Shown piece after piece: positions 19,830 to 30,049 of a stretch of 64,000 bases of DNA. A program made the position numbers and the translations under genes. The notes below the pieces were generated by a model. That model was not told the origin of the DNA and did no database searches. It saw only the letters and a list, made by a program, of their open reading frames with translations. This DNA is from an uncultured SAR86 cluster bacterium (GTDB taxonomy: Bacteria; Pseudomonadota; Gammaproteobacteria; Magnimaribacterales; D2472), in the NCBI GenBank assembly GCA_902509965.1, contig CABWZP010000004.1, positions 165 to 64,164 of the forward strand, in the 5' to 3' direction. Position 1 is the first letter of the stretch. Every line of letters starts with the position of its first letter.

Positions 19830-20740
19830 ATAGCAGCCTGTATTAGTAAATATGATGATGGGATGATAATCATCCATAAGATTAATGCTAATTGAAGCGG
19901 TTTTATTGAAATATTACTAAGAGCCTTTTTATCAATTTGTGAACCTATACAAAACAAACCTAGTAATAAGAAACATTGGCTAGTGAGTTTTATGAAACTT
20001 ATGGTCTGAGAGTTAAAATCAATAAATGAACCAATTGCAATTGCTATAATAAAAAATAAGACAAAAAAAGGAAGCTTGGATTTATTTGATGGCGCTGCTT
20101 GATGTTTATAAGATAAAAATAAAATAAGGGGAATCAGCCATAATGTCCTACCTAGTTTTAAAGTCGCTGCAGATTCAACTGCCTCTTCTCCATAAATCAT
20201 AGCCGCTCCAACCACTGAACTTGTATCATGAATAGCCATGGCTGCCCATGCACCAAACTGATCCTGGGAGAGGCCCAAATAAAGACCAATGATAGGAAAA
20301 ATAATTATAGCTAATGCGTTTAATAAAAATATTATTGTAATGGCAGTTAATAAATCTTTAGGCTTAGCCTTAATGATAGGTGCAATCGCTACCATTGCAG
20401 TTCCTCCACAAATAGCAGCTCCTGAAGCAATAAGTACAGTTAATTTTTTATCAAGGCCTATAAGTTTGCCGATATAAATTCCAAGAAAAAAAGTAACAAT
20501 AACTAGTAAAGATATATATGGCATATAGAAATCAGTTACTGAGAAAGCTTTTGTTAAAGATATTGATAATCCTAAAATAACTATGCCTGCTTGTAATAAT
20601 TTTGATCCTACTGACTTGGTAATAAAATTGTCTGGAAGATTTAATGACAGAGAATAAATAATTCCAACTAGAATTGATGCTACTGCAGAGCCTGACCATA
20701 TAGCAAAAATAGCCAGAAGAATGCCTATAGAAAATTTCAT
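19826..20740 (-). CDS. YeiH/UPF0324 family putative sulfate exporter-type membrane protein
   Basis: About 10 TM helices. Sequence character of the YeiH family. Confidence 0.6.
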   Translation of the reverse strand: MKFSIGILLAIFAIWSGSAVASILVGIIYSLSLNLPDNFITKSVGSKLLQAGIVILGLSISLTKAFSVTDFYMPYISLLVIVTFFLGIYIGKLIGLDKKLTVLIASGAAICGGTAMVAIAPIIKAKPKDLLTAITIIFLLNALAIIIFPIIGLYLGLSQDQFGAWAAMAIHDTSSVVGAAMIYGEEAVESAATLKLGRTLWLIPLILFLSYKHQAAPSNKSKLPFFVLFFIIAIAIGSFIDFNSQTISFIKLTSQCFLLLGLFCIGSQIDKKALSNISIKPLQLALILWMIIIPSSYLLIQAAI

Positions 20741-20755
20741 TTTTTAATTCTACCC

Positions 20756-20788
20756 TAAAAAAAAGCCCCGCAAGAGCGAGGCTTTTTA
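20756..20788 (-). terminator. rho-independent terminator after TonB receptor
   Basis: Hairpin agccccgc/gcgaggct (one mismatch) with a 4-nt loop, followed on the minus strand by a U8 run. Confidence 0.6.
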
Positions 20789-20803
20789 AAAATTTACTTA
20801 ATA

Positions 20804-23704
20804 TTAAAAGTCATAAGAAAGTCTTATGCCATAAGTAGCTTGAGGTCTGGCCCAAATGCTCTTACTCATACCAAGTGGTGCAGTAGCATCACCAACATTC
20901 ATAACATTAATTTCATCAGTAATGTTCTGACCATAAATATCTATGCGCCAGTTTGCATCTTCATCATTTGGCGTAATAGCTATTAAAGCATTAAGTTCTG
21001 TCCATGGATCAACTTTATCCCATGCAAGATTAAATAATGATGTAGATCTTTCGCCTTGATGATATGCATCTAGTCTAAAATCAACATTATAATCAGATGT
21101 ACTTAAAGTATATTGCACTCCGACATTAGCCATTAACTCTGGATGTGTAAGACTGTTACCACCAATATCAGATAATCTTCCATCCATAACAACATCAGAT
21201 GCGCTGCAACCTAATGAGGCGCAAACGATACTAGCCATAATTTCATAATATTGTCTTATAGCGAGTGATGGTAAGTGGCCTGGTGTTACGCCAGTTTGTA
21301 AGAAGCTTACTGGGGTAGGAACTCCAGATTGTCTATCGCCATGGAATTCAGCAGGAATAAGAACTCCATCCTGAAGTCCAAAAGTTGCCCATCCGCCAGC
21401 TAACCATGTTTGCCATATTGCTGTTGCAACATCTTTTCTTACAACAAAGACTTCAGCATCGGCTGCGCCTTTCATCATATGCCAGTCACCACAACCAGAT
21501 GTTAAACAAAGATCAGCATTCACAGGGTTTAAGATCATGGTTCCATCAGCAATTTCTGATGTTTCATAACTCATACTTGCATTAATTTTCCATTCAGGAG
21601 CCATAGGCGGGATCCACAGGAATTCAGCTTCAACACCACTCATGATTACATCAATACCCTCATTAACTCTGGTTTTATTTTTAATTTTAGTAACTTGATA
21701 ATCGGATGCATCATACATATAAGCAGAAGCATTTAATCTCATTCCTTTTGCGGGGATTTCTCTTTTAATACCAACTTCAAAAGCTAGTAAATCAGTAGAT
21801 GGAAAAACCTGCGGTGTATCAGGATATAGTTCTGGATCAAGAGCTCCATTAAAACCACCACCCTTAAATCCTTGAGAAATACTTGCATAAACCATAGTGT
21901 TGTCATCAAGTTGATGATCAACTACAAATCTACCTGTAGTATTTTCAAAACTTACTTCAGGATCTCCAACAGCTCCAGCTCCATACCAAGAATCACCAAA
22001 TTCAGGTATAGCATTTCCAGCCATAGGAATTGCAGTGAATCCTGCACCTGCAGCTCCAAAACCTACAACACTTAAAAAAGGTGAGCGTCCATACTGTTCT
22101 TTATAATCTTGGGTATGTCTTAAGCCTAAAGTATAACTAGTTTGCTCAGAAGCTTGATAATAAACTTCTCCAAATATTGCTGTACTTCTTGTAGCTGAAA
22201 TACTGCTTGATCTGTATAAAGGTGCATATAACTGAACAGCGCCTTGAGGGAATCCTGTAAGCGCAGTAGGAGGCGCTAATGCTAATGCATCGAGGCCGTT
22301 TGCAGCAATATCATAAACACTTAAATTGCTTCCTGATGTATGAATAGCTCCAAGGAGATAATTCATATCACCATCTAGATTTGATTGAATACGAGCTTCA
22401 AATACTTCTCGCTCTATTTTTGGATTGTATTGTCTATCAAATCCATCTGGATAATTCATAGTATCTGTAATACAACCACCGTAAACTCCAAAAGTTCCAT
22501 CTTCAAGTTTACAATCTGGTCCATATCCACTCATTGGGACATAGCCACCAGGGAAGTATGGATTATCTTTGAAACGCAATTTATCCATTTCCTCTGAAGC
22601 ATAGGATCCAGTTCTGTCATACATTCTATCTTTTCTCATTGCTGAAAAAGTGGCATCCCAATTATCATTTAACTCATGATTTACTATTAACATAGAAACA
22701 TCATTATCAACAATATACTTAGGCAGACCTCTTACATTAGCCTCCCAAAAACCCTGAGGTGCTCCTGACATATCAGTGAAAGGGGTAAAATCTAATATTC
22801 CAGTCAGAACAGCTAAATTCTCAACATAAGTAGCCATTGGATGAGTGAGCTCATGTACTAATTCTCCACCAGGAGTACAACCCACTACTAATGAAGGATC
22901 TCTTTGACAATAAACATTATTTACATAATGACGCATTGAATCTTCATCGTATGCTTCGTGAATAACAGTAATATCAGTTTTATCATTTACATCCCATGAA
23001 AGAGAAAATCTCCATGCATCACTATCTCTATTATTAATATGACTTACAGGTGACTTAGAATAAATGTTCTTAATATCACCATCTCTAGTAACACTAGAAG
23101 TTGCAAGTCTTACAGCCATTTTTTCTCCGAGGGGAAGATTGAATGTTGTTTTCATTTTTCTTAAATTAAAGCTTCCATTTTCTATATTGACGCTTCCTGA
23201 CTTTTCACCCAATACAGGTCTTGCAGTAATAAGGTTGATAGCTCCACCAACAGAGTTTTTACCATAGAGAGTCCCTTGAGGGCCTCTTAGCACTTCAACA
23301 CGCTCAAGATCAAAGAAATCTCCATCTTGCATTGTGTAAGAGCCAACAGGTAAATCATTAATGTGAGTTTCAACACCACTTTCAGCCGTCGCAGATACCG
23401 CTAAATTTGTAATACCTCTAATATTAAAGGAGCCTCCAGATGAATCTCCACCTTGAAAGCTTAAACTAGGTGTAACTAATTGAAGATCGGAACCGCCTTC
23501 GATTTGTTGATCCTCAAGCATTTGTGCACTTATAGCCGTAACAGCAATAGGAACATCTTGTAAACTTTCTTCAGTTCTTTGTGAGGTAACTACAATCTCT
23601 TCTAAGACAGCGCCCTCTTCTGCAATTAGAGTTGGTGTAAAGCTAAATACTCCAACAATCAAAAAAGAAAAACCTAATAATTTTTTGTGAAAATACGAAC
23701 TCAT
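20804..23704 (-). CDS. TonB-dependent outer-membrane receptor (large, carbohydrate-locus type)
   Basis: Signal peptide, plug (EEIVVTSQRTEESLQDVPIAVTAIS, RGPQGTLYGKNSVGGAINLI) and a C-terminal YDF. Confidence 0.9.
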   Translation of the reverse strand: MSSYFHKKLLGFSFLIVGVFSFTPTLIAEEGAVLEEIVVTSQRTEESLQDVPIAVTAISAQMLEDQQIEGGSDLQLVTPSLSFQGGDSSGGSFNIRGITNLAVSATAESGVETHINDLPVGSYTMQDGDFFDLERVEVLRGPQGTLYGKNSVGGAINLITARPVLGEKSGSVNIENGSFNLRKMKTTFNLPLGEKMAVRLATSSVTRDGDIKNIYSKSPVSHINNRDSDAWRFSLSWDVNDKTDITVIHEAYDEDSMRHYVNNVYCQRDPSLVVGCTPGGELVHELTHPMATYVENLAVLTGILDFTPFTDMSGAPQGFWEANVRGLPKYIVDNDVSMLIVNHELNDNWDATFSAMRKDRMYDRTGSYASEEMDKLRFKDNPYFPGGYVPMSGYGPDCKLEDGTFGVYGGCITDTMNYPDGFDRQYNPKIEREVFEARIQSNLDGDMNYLLGAIHTSGSNLSVYDIAANGLDALALAPPTALTGFPQGAVQLYAPLYRSSSISATRSTAIFGEVYYQASEQTSYTLGLRHTQDYKEQYGRSPFLSVVGFGAAGAGFTAIPMAGNAIPEFGDSWYGAGAVGDPEVSFENTTGRFVVDHQLDDNTMVYASISQGFKGGGFNGALDPELYPDTPQVFPSTDLLAFEVGIKREIPAKGMRLNASAYMYDASDYQVTKIKNKTRVNEGIDVIMSGVEAEFLWIPPMAPEWKINASMSYETSEIADGTMILNPVNADLCLTSGCGDWHMMKGAADAEVFVVRKDVATAIWQTWLAGGWATFGLQDGVLIPAEFHGDRQSGVPTPVSFLQTGVTPGHLPSLAIRQYYEIMASIVCASLGCSASDVVMDGRLSDIGGNSLTHPELMANVGVQYTLSTSDYNVDFRLDAYHQGERSTSLFNLAWDKVDPWTELNALIAITPNDEDANWRIDIYGQNITDEINVMNVGDATAPLGMSKSIWARPQATYGIRLSYDF

Positions 23705-23829
23705 AATATCCCCCGATAATGAATTGTTAATTATTGATGTTATTTATAACCTACTAAACAGATATACAAATAACTTATATATATAAAATTTATAGCTAAA
23801 ATCAAGAAAAAGCAAATTTTAAGGAGAGT

Positions 23830-25557
23830 TTATTTGAGCTTAGGATGAGTATATTTTTTTGATCTAAATACCTTACCCTCTTCAATTGTTCCTCTAATCT
23901 CAATATCTTTAATCTTGAGAGGATTAATTGTTAATGGATTTTCAGATAGAACAGTGAAATTTGCATATTTACCAACGCTAATCGATCCATAATCTTTTTC
24001 AAGATTTATTGTATATGCAGCATTTAAGGTAACTCCCTCTAATGCCTCTAATACTGATATCCTTTGATTTGGCCCAGCAACCTTATCTGCATAATTAATT
24101 CTATTTACTGCAGCATGCATAAGCACTAAAGGTGATGCAGGTGCCATTGGCATATCTGAGTGCAAGGATAATGGAATCTCTGCTCTAGCAACATCACCAA
24201 GACGAACCATTTCTTGTGATCTTTCATATCCCACACCCACTTTGCTATATAAATCAGACAAAACGGTTACATAATATGGATTCGCACTCACCATAAGTCC
24301 TAGCTCTTTAATTCTAGCTATTTGATCAGGAGCTGAGTAGCCAAAATGCACAATTGTTGTTCTATGATCTTCTCGTGGATTACGTAAATTATTTTTTTCT
24401 ACTGCATCTAAAATTCTATCTAATCCTGAATCACCATTTTGGTGAATATGAATTTGGTAATTGGCATCCCAGTATAATTTGAAAACCTTATCAAATACTT
24501 CTGCCTCCATTAACCAAACTCCTTGATGACCATCAAGATAACCATCTCTCAGAACCATATTTTGAGAATACATAGCTCCGTCTGTAAACAATTTTATTTG
24601 CTTGGGAAGATAATGAACTTTGCCAGCGCCCCATGAAAGTAAAGCTTCTGTTTCGTTTAAAAGCTCTGAAATCTCAAAATGCTCAAGCATATACAAAGCA
24701 CTTGGAATAAATAAGGACCTAAATGGAGTGGCCTCATCGCCTAAGACATAATTTTTTATATTTTGTATATCTTTGTTATACATTGCTCCAGGATTAGCAA
24801 TCAAGGTGACCCCCTGCTCTTTAAGATACTGCTCAGTTACTGCAAAGCCTTGCATGATTCTTTGCGGCGAAGCAAGATATTGCATAATTTTTGGCATCAC
24901 CATTATTAAACCTCTTTCAGAAAAATGACCTTGATCATAATCAGCTAATTCTTTTTCTGCTGGCGTTAAGTTATTTAAGTCATCTTTGTTAATACCAAAT
25001 AAATCTAGTGCTTTTGAATTCATAATAAATTCATGAAAAGACCGATGAATAATCAAAATAGGTCTATCGGAGGAGATTTTATCTAAATCATCTTTAGTTA
25101 ATTTGCCATGAAAGTAGTGATGAAAACCCCAACTAATTAAGGGAGTATTTTTATCCTCAATATTTTTTTCTAAAAGTTGTAATCTTTTTAAATAGCTAGC
25201 TCTATCTCTTACACCTTTAGTCTGTTTATTTGGCAAAGACCAATCATCAATAGCTACTATTTCAGAGCTCATGGTAATGGCTGCTAAAAGAGGATGAATA
25301 TGATGTTCTATAAAACCAGGAATAATTACATCATTTGCAAATGAGTAATCTATTATTGCATCTGGGAATTTATTTATTAAGGACTCTTTTTGGCCAACAG
25401 CATGTATTTTAGCGCCTCTAATCATTACAGCATTAGAATTTTTATTAGTAGCATCTAGGGTAATTAAAGTTTTAGAAACAATAATTCTATCTAGGTCTTC
25501 ACTAGCTGATGAGAATATTGAAAGAGTAATTAAAAAAGTTATAAGAAATTTATTCAT
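23830..25557 (-). CDS. secreted metal-dependent amidohydrolase (amidohydrolase-3/YtcJ-like)
   Basis: GFIEHHIHP metal motif. I place the start at the internal ATG at 25557 (MNKFLITFLITLSIFSSA signal peptide), which removes the overlap with the divergent GH3 gene. Confidence 0.7.
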   Translation of the reverse strand: MNKFLITFLITLSIFSSASEDLDRIIVSKTLITLDATNKNSNAVMIRGAKIHAVGQKESLINKFPDAIIDYSFANDVIIPGFIEHHIHPLLAAITMSSEIVAIDDWSLPNKQTKGVRDRASYLKRLQLLEKNIEDKNTPLISWGFHHYFHGKLTKDDLDKISSDRPILIIHRSFHEFIMNSKALDLFGINKDDLNNLTPAEKELADYDQGHFSERGLIMVMPKIMQYLASPQRIMQGFAVTEQYLKEQGVTLIANPGAMYNKDIQNIKNYVLGDEATPFRSLFIPSALYMLEHFEISELLNETEALLSWGAGKVHYLPKQIKLFTDGAMYSQNMVLRDGYLDGHQGVWLMEAEVFDKVFKLYWDANYQIHIHQNGDSGLDRILDAVEKNNLRNPREDHRTTIVHFGYSAPDQIARIKELGLMVSANPYYVTVLSDLYSKVGVGYERSQEMVRLGDVARAEIPLSLHSDMPMAPASPLVLMHAAVNRINYADKVAGPNQRISVLEALEGVTLNAAYTINLEKDYGSISVGKYANFTVLSENPLTINPLKIKDIEIRGTIEEGKVFRSKKYTHPKLK

Positions 25558-25629
25558 CGACAATATGCTAACAGTTATTTTAAAAATTGAGTAATTGAAG
25601 ATATGTATTAAAGGATTTAATATTGATTC

Positions 25630-28056
25630 ATGACTAACATAAATAAGCTTATTCAAGATCTTACTCTTCGAGAGAAGATCAGCCTAATGAGTGGTTTCAA
25701 CTCATGGTATACAAATAAAATTGATAGACTAGATATTCCAAGTATCAAAATGTCAGATGGTCCTAATGGAGTAAGAGGAGATTCAACTTCAGGTAAATCC
25801 TCTGCTTGTTTTCCTTGTGCTATATCAATAGGGTCTACATGGGACATGGATCTTATAAATCAATTAGGTGTCGCATTGGGCGAAGAAGCAAAAGTTAAAG
25901 ATGTAGATGTTTTACTTGGACCTACAATCAATATTCATAGGCACCCTCTTGGTGGAAGACACTTTGAAAGCTTTTCAGAAGATCCTTTTTTAACAGGAAA
26001 AATTGCAACTGAGTATGTGAAAGGAGTTCAATCACAAAATGTTGCTGCATGTTTAAAACATTTTATTGGCAATGATACTGAATACGAGAGGCATTTAGTT
26101 AGTTCAAATATTGATGAAAAAACTTTAAGAGAAATATATCTACTTCCATTTGAGATGGGTGTTAAAGAAGGAAATGCTCAAGTAGTAATGAGTGCTTATA
26201 ACAAACTAAATAATATCTACTGTAGTTCTCATAAAGAACTTTTAATTGATATTTTAAAAGATGAATGGGGTTTTGATGGTTATGTAGTTAGTGACTGGGG
26301 CGCAGCGTTAGAAACTGAGGAGAATGCTAGAGGTGGTCTAGATTTGGAAATGCCTGGTCCCGAAAATGTATGGGGTGATCAGCTATATGCGGCTGTAAGT
26401 GAAGGTAAAGTTGAAGAAGAATTAATTAATGACAAAGTGAGAAGAATTTTGAATATTGCTAGCTTTTCAAAAAGATTTGAGAACCCAACTAATAAGCCTG
26501 AGGAAAGCAATGATTCAGCAGAGCATAGGAAACTTCTTAAAAAAGCTGCAGCATCTGGCATGGTGCTTCTTAAAAATAATGATTTATTGCCTTTAAAAAC
26601 TGACATTAAAAATCTTGCAATCATTGGTCCAAATGCTAAAGAAGCTCAAATTATTGGAGGAGGCAGTGCAAGTCTTAAGCCTCATTACCAAGCTCACCCA
26701 TTAGAAGCATTTGAGAATAAGCTGGGGGATCAAATAAATATTTCATATGCAAAGGGTTGTCACACACATAAATATCTTCCAAAAGTTAAAGAAGAATTAA
26801 TGGATGATGAAAAAGGATTCTTGGTTCAATATTTTGAAGGTTCAAAATTCGATGAAAATATCCTTGTTGAAGAACATCTAATAGGCAACAAATTTTGGGT
26901 CTTTGAAGGTTTTGCCAAAGATGTAATTGCTAAATTTGATCGACCTGACATTTCTGTTAGATTCTCATGCGCATATACACCCGATATTTCTGGTAATCAT
27001 GAATTTGAGATATTTGGTATTGGAAAGGCTCGACTTTTTATCGATGGCAAAGAACTTATTGATAATTGGACAGAAACTTCTCCTGGAGAAGCATTCTTTT
27101 CTTTTAGTTCAGATTCAAAAAAAGCTTTGGTTGATCTTGATGAAGGTAAAACTTATCAACTGGAAATTAGATATAAATTTGAAGGGAATTTCCCAGCAAT
27201 TTATATTGGATGCCAGACACCAGACAAAGTAAATTTATTTGATGAAGCTTTGGAAGTAGCTAAAGCAGCGGATCAAGTTGTTTTAATTGTTGGTACAAAT
27301 TCTGATTGGGAAACAGAAGGTAATGATAGGAGTGATTTTAATTTGCCAGCTAATCAAAATCATCTCATCGAAGAAGTTTTGAAAGTTAACCCAAATACTC
27401 TGGTTGTTCTTAATACAGGCTCGCCAGTAAAAATGCCTTGGGCAGATAGGGCTGAAGCGATCTTACAGACTTGGTTTGCTGGACAAGAGTTTGGTAATGC
27501 TATGGTTGATATTATAACTGGAGCAATTAATCCTTCAGGAAGATTACCAACTTCATTCCCTAAAAACATTGAGGACACTCCAGCATTCAATTCTTATCCC
27601 GGCAAAGACCTCCAAATGAATTATGAAGAAAAACTTTTAGTGGGTTACAGATGGTACGACAAAAAAGATATCAAAACCCTCTTCCCTTTTGGGCATGGCC
27701 TTTCTTATACACAATTTGAATACACTGATTTAGAGGTTGAAATTCAAGCTAATAATAAAGTTTCATGTACATTTTTAATTCAAAATACCGGTCTAATTGC
27801 TGGAGCAGAGACTGCGCAATGTTACATTGGTTATAAGACTGATGATCATTCTGAGCCTAAAAAAACACTACAAGGTTTTAGTAAAATAACACTTAACCAA
27901 GGTGATAAGTCTAAAGTTGAAATTAATCTAAATTCAAGAAATTTTTCTTCATGGAATGAGGCTAAACAGAATTGGGAAGTAAGATCTGGATCTTATGAAA
28001 TATTTATTGGTTCCTCAGCAGAGAATATAATTCTTCAAAGCACCATTAATCTATAG
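25630..28056 (+). CDS. bglX: glycoside hydrolase family 3 beta-glucosidase with PA14-like insert, cytoplasmic
   Basis: GH3 motifs (KMSDGPNGVR, KHFIGND, VVSDWGA nucleophile region) and a C-terminal fibronectin-like domain. No signal peptide. Confidence 0.85.
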   Translation: MTNINKLIQDLTLREKISLMSGFNSWYTNKIDRLDIPSIKMSDGPNGVRGDSTSGKSSACFPCAISIGSTWDMDLINQLGVALGEEAKVKDVDVLLGPTINIHRHPLGGRHFESFSEDPFLTGKIATEYVKGVQSQNVAACLKHFIGNDTEYERHLVSSNIDEKTLREIYLLPFEMGVKEGNAQVVMSAYNKLNNIYCSSHKELLIDILKDEWGFDGYVVSDWGAALETEENARGGLDLEMPGPENVWGDQLYAAVSEGKVEEELINDKVRRILNIASFSKRFENPTNKPEESNDSAEHRKLLKKAAASGMVLLKNNDLLPLKTDIKNLAIIGPNAKEAQIIGGGSASLKPHYQAHPLEAFENKLGDQINISYAKGCHTHKYLPKVKEELMDDEKGFLVQYFEGSKFDENILVEEHLIGNKFWVFEGFAKDVIAKFDRPDISVRFSCAYTPDISGNHEFEIFGIGKARLFIDGKELIDNWTETSPGEAFFSFSSDSKKALVDLDEGKTYQLEIRYKFEGNFPAIYIGCQTPDKVNLFDEALEVAKAADQVVLIVGTNSDWETEGNDRSDFNLPANQNHLIEEVLKVNPNTLVVLNTGSPVKMPWADRAEAILQTWFAGQEFGNAMVDIITGAINPSGRLPTSFPKNIEDTPAFNSYPGKDLQMNYEEKLLVGYRWYDKKDIKTLFPFGHGLSYTQFEYTDLEVEIQANNKVSCTFLIQNTGLIAGAETAQCYIGYKTDDHSEPKKTLQGFSKITLNQGDKSKVEINLNSRNFSSWNEAKQNWEVRSGSYEIFIGSSAENIILQSTINL

Positions 28057-30049
28057 ATAAATCTTTCATCTCTTGATCGCTTAAATTGATTTGAGTTGCC
28101 TCAATTGAGCTATTGGTTTCAAAAATAGTTCTAGGTCCAATAAGAGGAAATATTAAAGATGATTTTTGAACTACGTAAGCTAAAGCTACCTGAATTGGTT
28201 GAAGATTCTTTTGTTCAGCTATTTCAAAACATTTATCTCTTCTTTTAAGATTTTTTTCATTATGCCAAACTCTTATTTCTTCTTCTAAAGAGGGATTTGA
28301 AAAATGTTCATTAGATGTAATCTCTTTTTTCTTAATAAAAAAACCTCTAGCTTGGCTTGACCAAGGAAATAACATGACATTATTTTCAAGAAGATAAGTA
28401 ATGTATTCATCATTAACTCCAACGCACCCAGGCCAGACAGGATCAACCATTTCAGCTAAACTAAAATTATTACTAAGTGCTGTAAAAGGCTCTTTGTTAT
28501 GGGATTGTGCATAATTTCTCGCTTCAGAGAAACGGCCTAGCTCCCAATTTGATGCTCCAATTAGATTTATCAAGCCTTCTCTCTTAACTTCATCTAAAGC
28601 GTCCATAAATTCAGAAACTGGTATGTCTGGATTATCTCTATGTAGACAAAAAATATCTAGGGTTTGGATATTTAAGCGTTCTAATGACTCTAGAATTTGA
28701 GGCCTAATAAATTGCGGCTCACATTGAGGTGTATGTGCGCCCTTACCAATAACAATGATCTCTTCTTCAAGATTCCTTGAATTAATCCAATCCCCTAAAT
28801 ACTTGTCACCTTTACCATTGTTATAAATATATGCTGTATCAAATATTCTACCCCCTGCTCCATAAAAATGATCGAACATACTAAAAGCATGTAAGCTTGA
28901 GGTTTGATTGTCACAACCCAAAGCTAATCTTGATGCATTTTTTTTAATGCCTGTGATATTAGTATTTTTAAATTGGGGTTTTTGCATCAAATAAAATTTA
29001 GAAGCTGGTATTGGTGAGTTATCTAAAGTTTCATATGGGCACTTGATACTTAGTTCCTGCCTCCACTTATCCAACCAAAGCATGTTACTTTGTGTATCTG
29101 CATGAGAGACAAGATCAGACTCAAGCTTTTTTTCTTGAATACAGCTTGAAGCATGATCAATTTCTCTAGTGAATAAACCAACCTTATCTATATATGGAAC
29201 CTCTTTAACTAGAACTCCTGAGTCAAGAATTTTGATAGATGAACTGCCATCTTGAAATTGCCCACAATGCCATGGCTGTTCAATAACTAATTCTAAATCT
29301 CCATTTTTAATTTTAAGATCATTAGAATACTCCTCATCTATTGCGCAACTAATTTTTGCTTCAATTTTATCTGAGAAAACTAAATATGCTTCTGATTGAA
29401 GATCAACACCTGTCTCATCTAATCTGCCGGTTGCATGAATACTTTCAGGGTCAGCAAATGGCAAGCCTTGCAGGCTACCTGCTATTAATTTGGCCATCGA
29501 TAGTGGATAGCATCCTACATCTAAGATTGCACCTCCTCCTAACAATGGATTCCTTAAACGATGCTCTTTGGGAAGTTCAGCTGAGAACCCAAAGGAACTT
29601 TCAATTAAAATCTTTTCTTTAGTATTTTTAAAAATTTCTAAATGCTCAAGAATATTAAAAGTTTGAGGATGGGTTCTATACATATAAGCCTCCATCAAAA
29701 ACACTTCTGCTTCTTTTGCTAAATTTAGCAGAGTCATGCTCTCTAAATAATTCATGGTTAGAGGTTTTTCACATAAAACATGCTTATTATTTTTAATAGC
29801 CTCTAATGAGTAAAAGTAATGCGAGTTATGAGGAGTCGCGATATAAACTGCATCAATTTTTTTTGAGGATATAAAGTTATTAAGGTCTGTATAGGGATCA
29901 ATATGAAATTTTGTAGAAAATTGATCAAGTGACTTCGCATTTCTTCCAAAAACACTGATCAATTCTGAATCCTTACAATATTTAATAGAATGAGCAAAGG
30001 CATTGGCTATATTGCCCGAGCCAATAATACCCCATTTGGTTTTATGCAT
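28046..30049 (-). CDS. fusion protein: Gfo/Idh/MocA oxidoreductase (N) + aldo/keto reductase (C)
   Basis: The N-terminus has WGIIGSGNIA, the EKPL motif and GGGAILDVGCY. From about residue 350 there is AKR signature sequence (FDTAYIY, LDIFCLHRDN, IGASNW). Confidence 0.75.
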   Translation of the reverse strand: MHKTKWGIIGSGNIANAFAHSIKYCKDSELISVFGRNAKSLDQFSTKFHIDPYTDLNNFISSKKIDAVYIATPHNSHYFYSLEAIKNNKHVLCEKPLTMNYLESMTLLNLAKEAEVFLMEAYMYRTHPQTFNILEHLEIFKNTKEKILIESSFGFSAELPKEHRLRNPLLGGGAILDVGCYPLSMAKLIAGSLQGLPFADPESIHATGRLDETGVDLQSEAYLVFSDKIEAKISCAIDEEYSNDLKIKNGDLELVIEQPWHCGQFQDGSSSIKILDSGVLVKEVPYIDKVGLFTREIDHASSCIQEKKLESDLVSHADTQSNMLWLDKWRQELSIKCPYETLDNSPIPASKFYLMQKPQFKNTNITGIKKNASRLALGCDNQTSSLHAFSMFDHFYGAGGRIFDTAYIYNNGKGDKYLGDWINSRNLEEEIIVIGKGAHTPQCEPQFIRPQILESLERLNIQTLDIFCLHRDNPDIPVSEFMDALDEVKREGLINLIGASNWELGRFSEARNYAQSHNKEPFTALSNNFSLAEMVDPVWPGCVGVNDEYITYLLENNVMLFPWSSQARGFFIKKKEITSNEHFSNPSLEEEIRVWHNEKNLKRRDKCFEIAEQKNLQPIQVALAYVVQKSSLIFPLIGPRTIFETNSSIEATQINLSDQEMKDLSID

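Noticed and set aside
23715-23738. GATAATGAATTGTTAATTATTGAT upstream of the 966-aa TonB receptor, which could be a Fur box.
   Set aside because: Only the first hexamer, GATAAT(GA), matches. There is no dyad symmetry and the match to the 19-mer is poor. I treat it as AT-rich background.
25558-25656. Long N-terminal extensions suggested by the longest-ORF calls. These are the amidohydrolase at 25656, the alpha/beta hydrolase at 31369, katG at 9202, the TonB receptor at 14797, ruvX at 45267 and DUF192 at 56187.
   Set aside because: Internal ATG codons give proper signal peptides or family-typical N-termini, have better SD spacing, and remove overlaps with divergent or upstream genes. The extensions show no conserved motifs.
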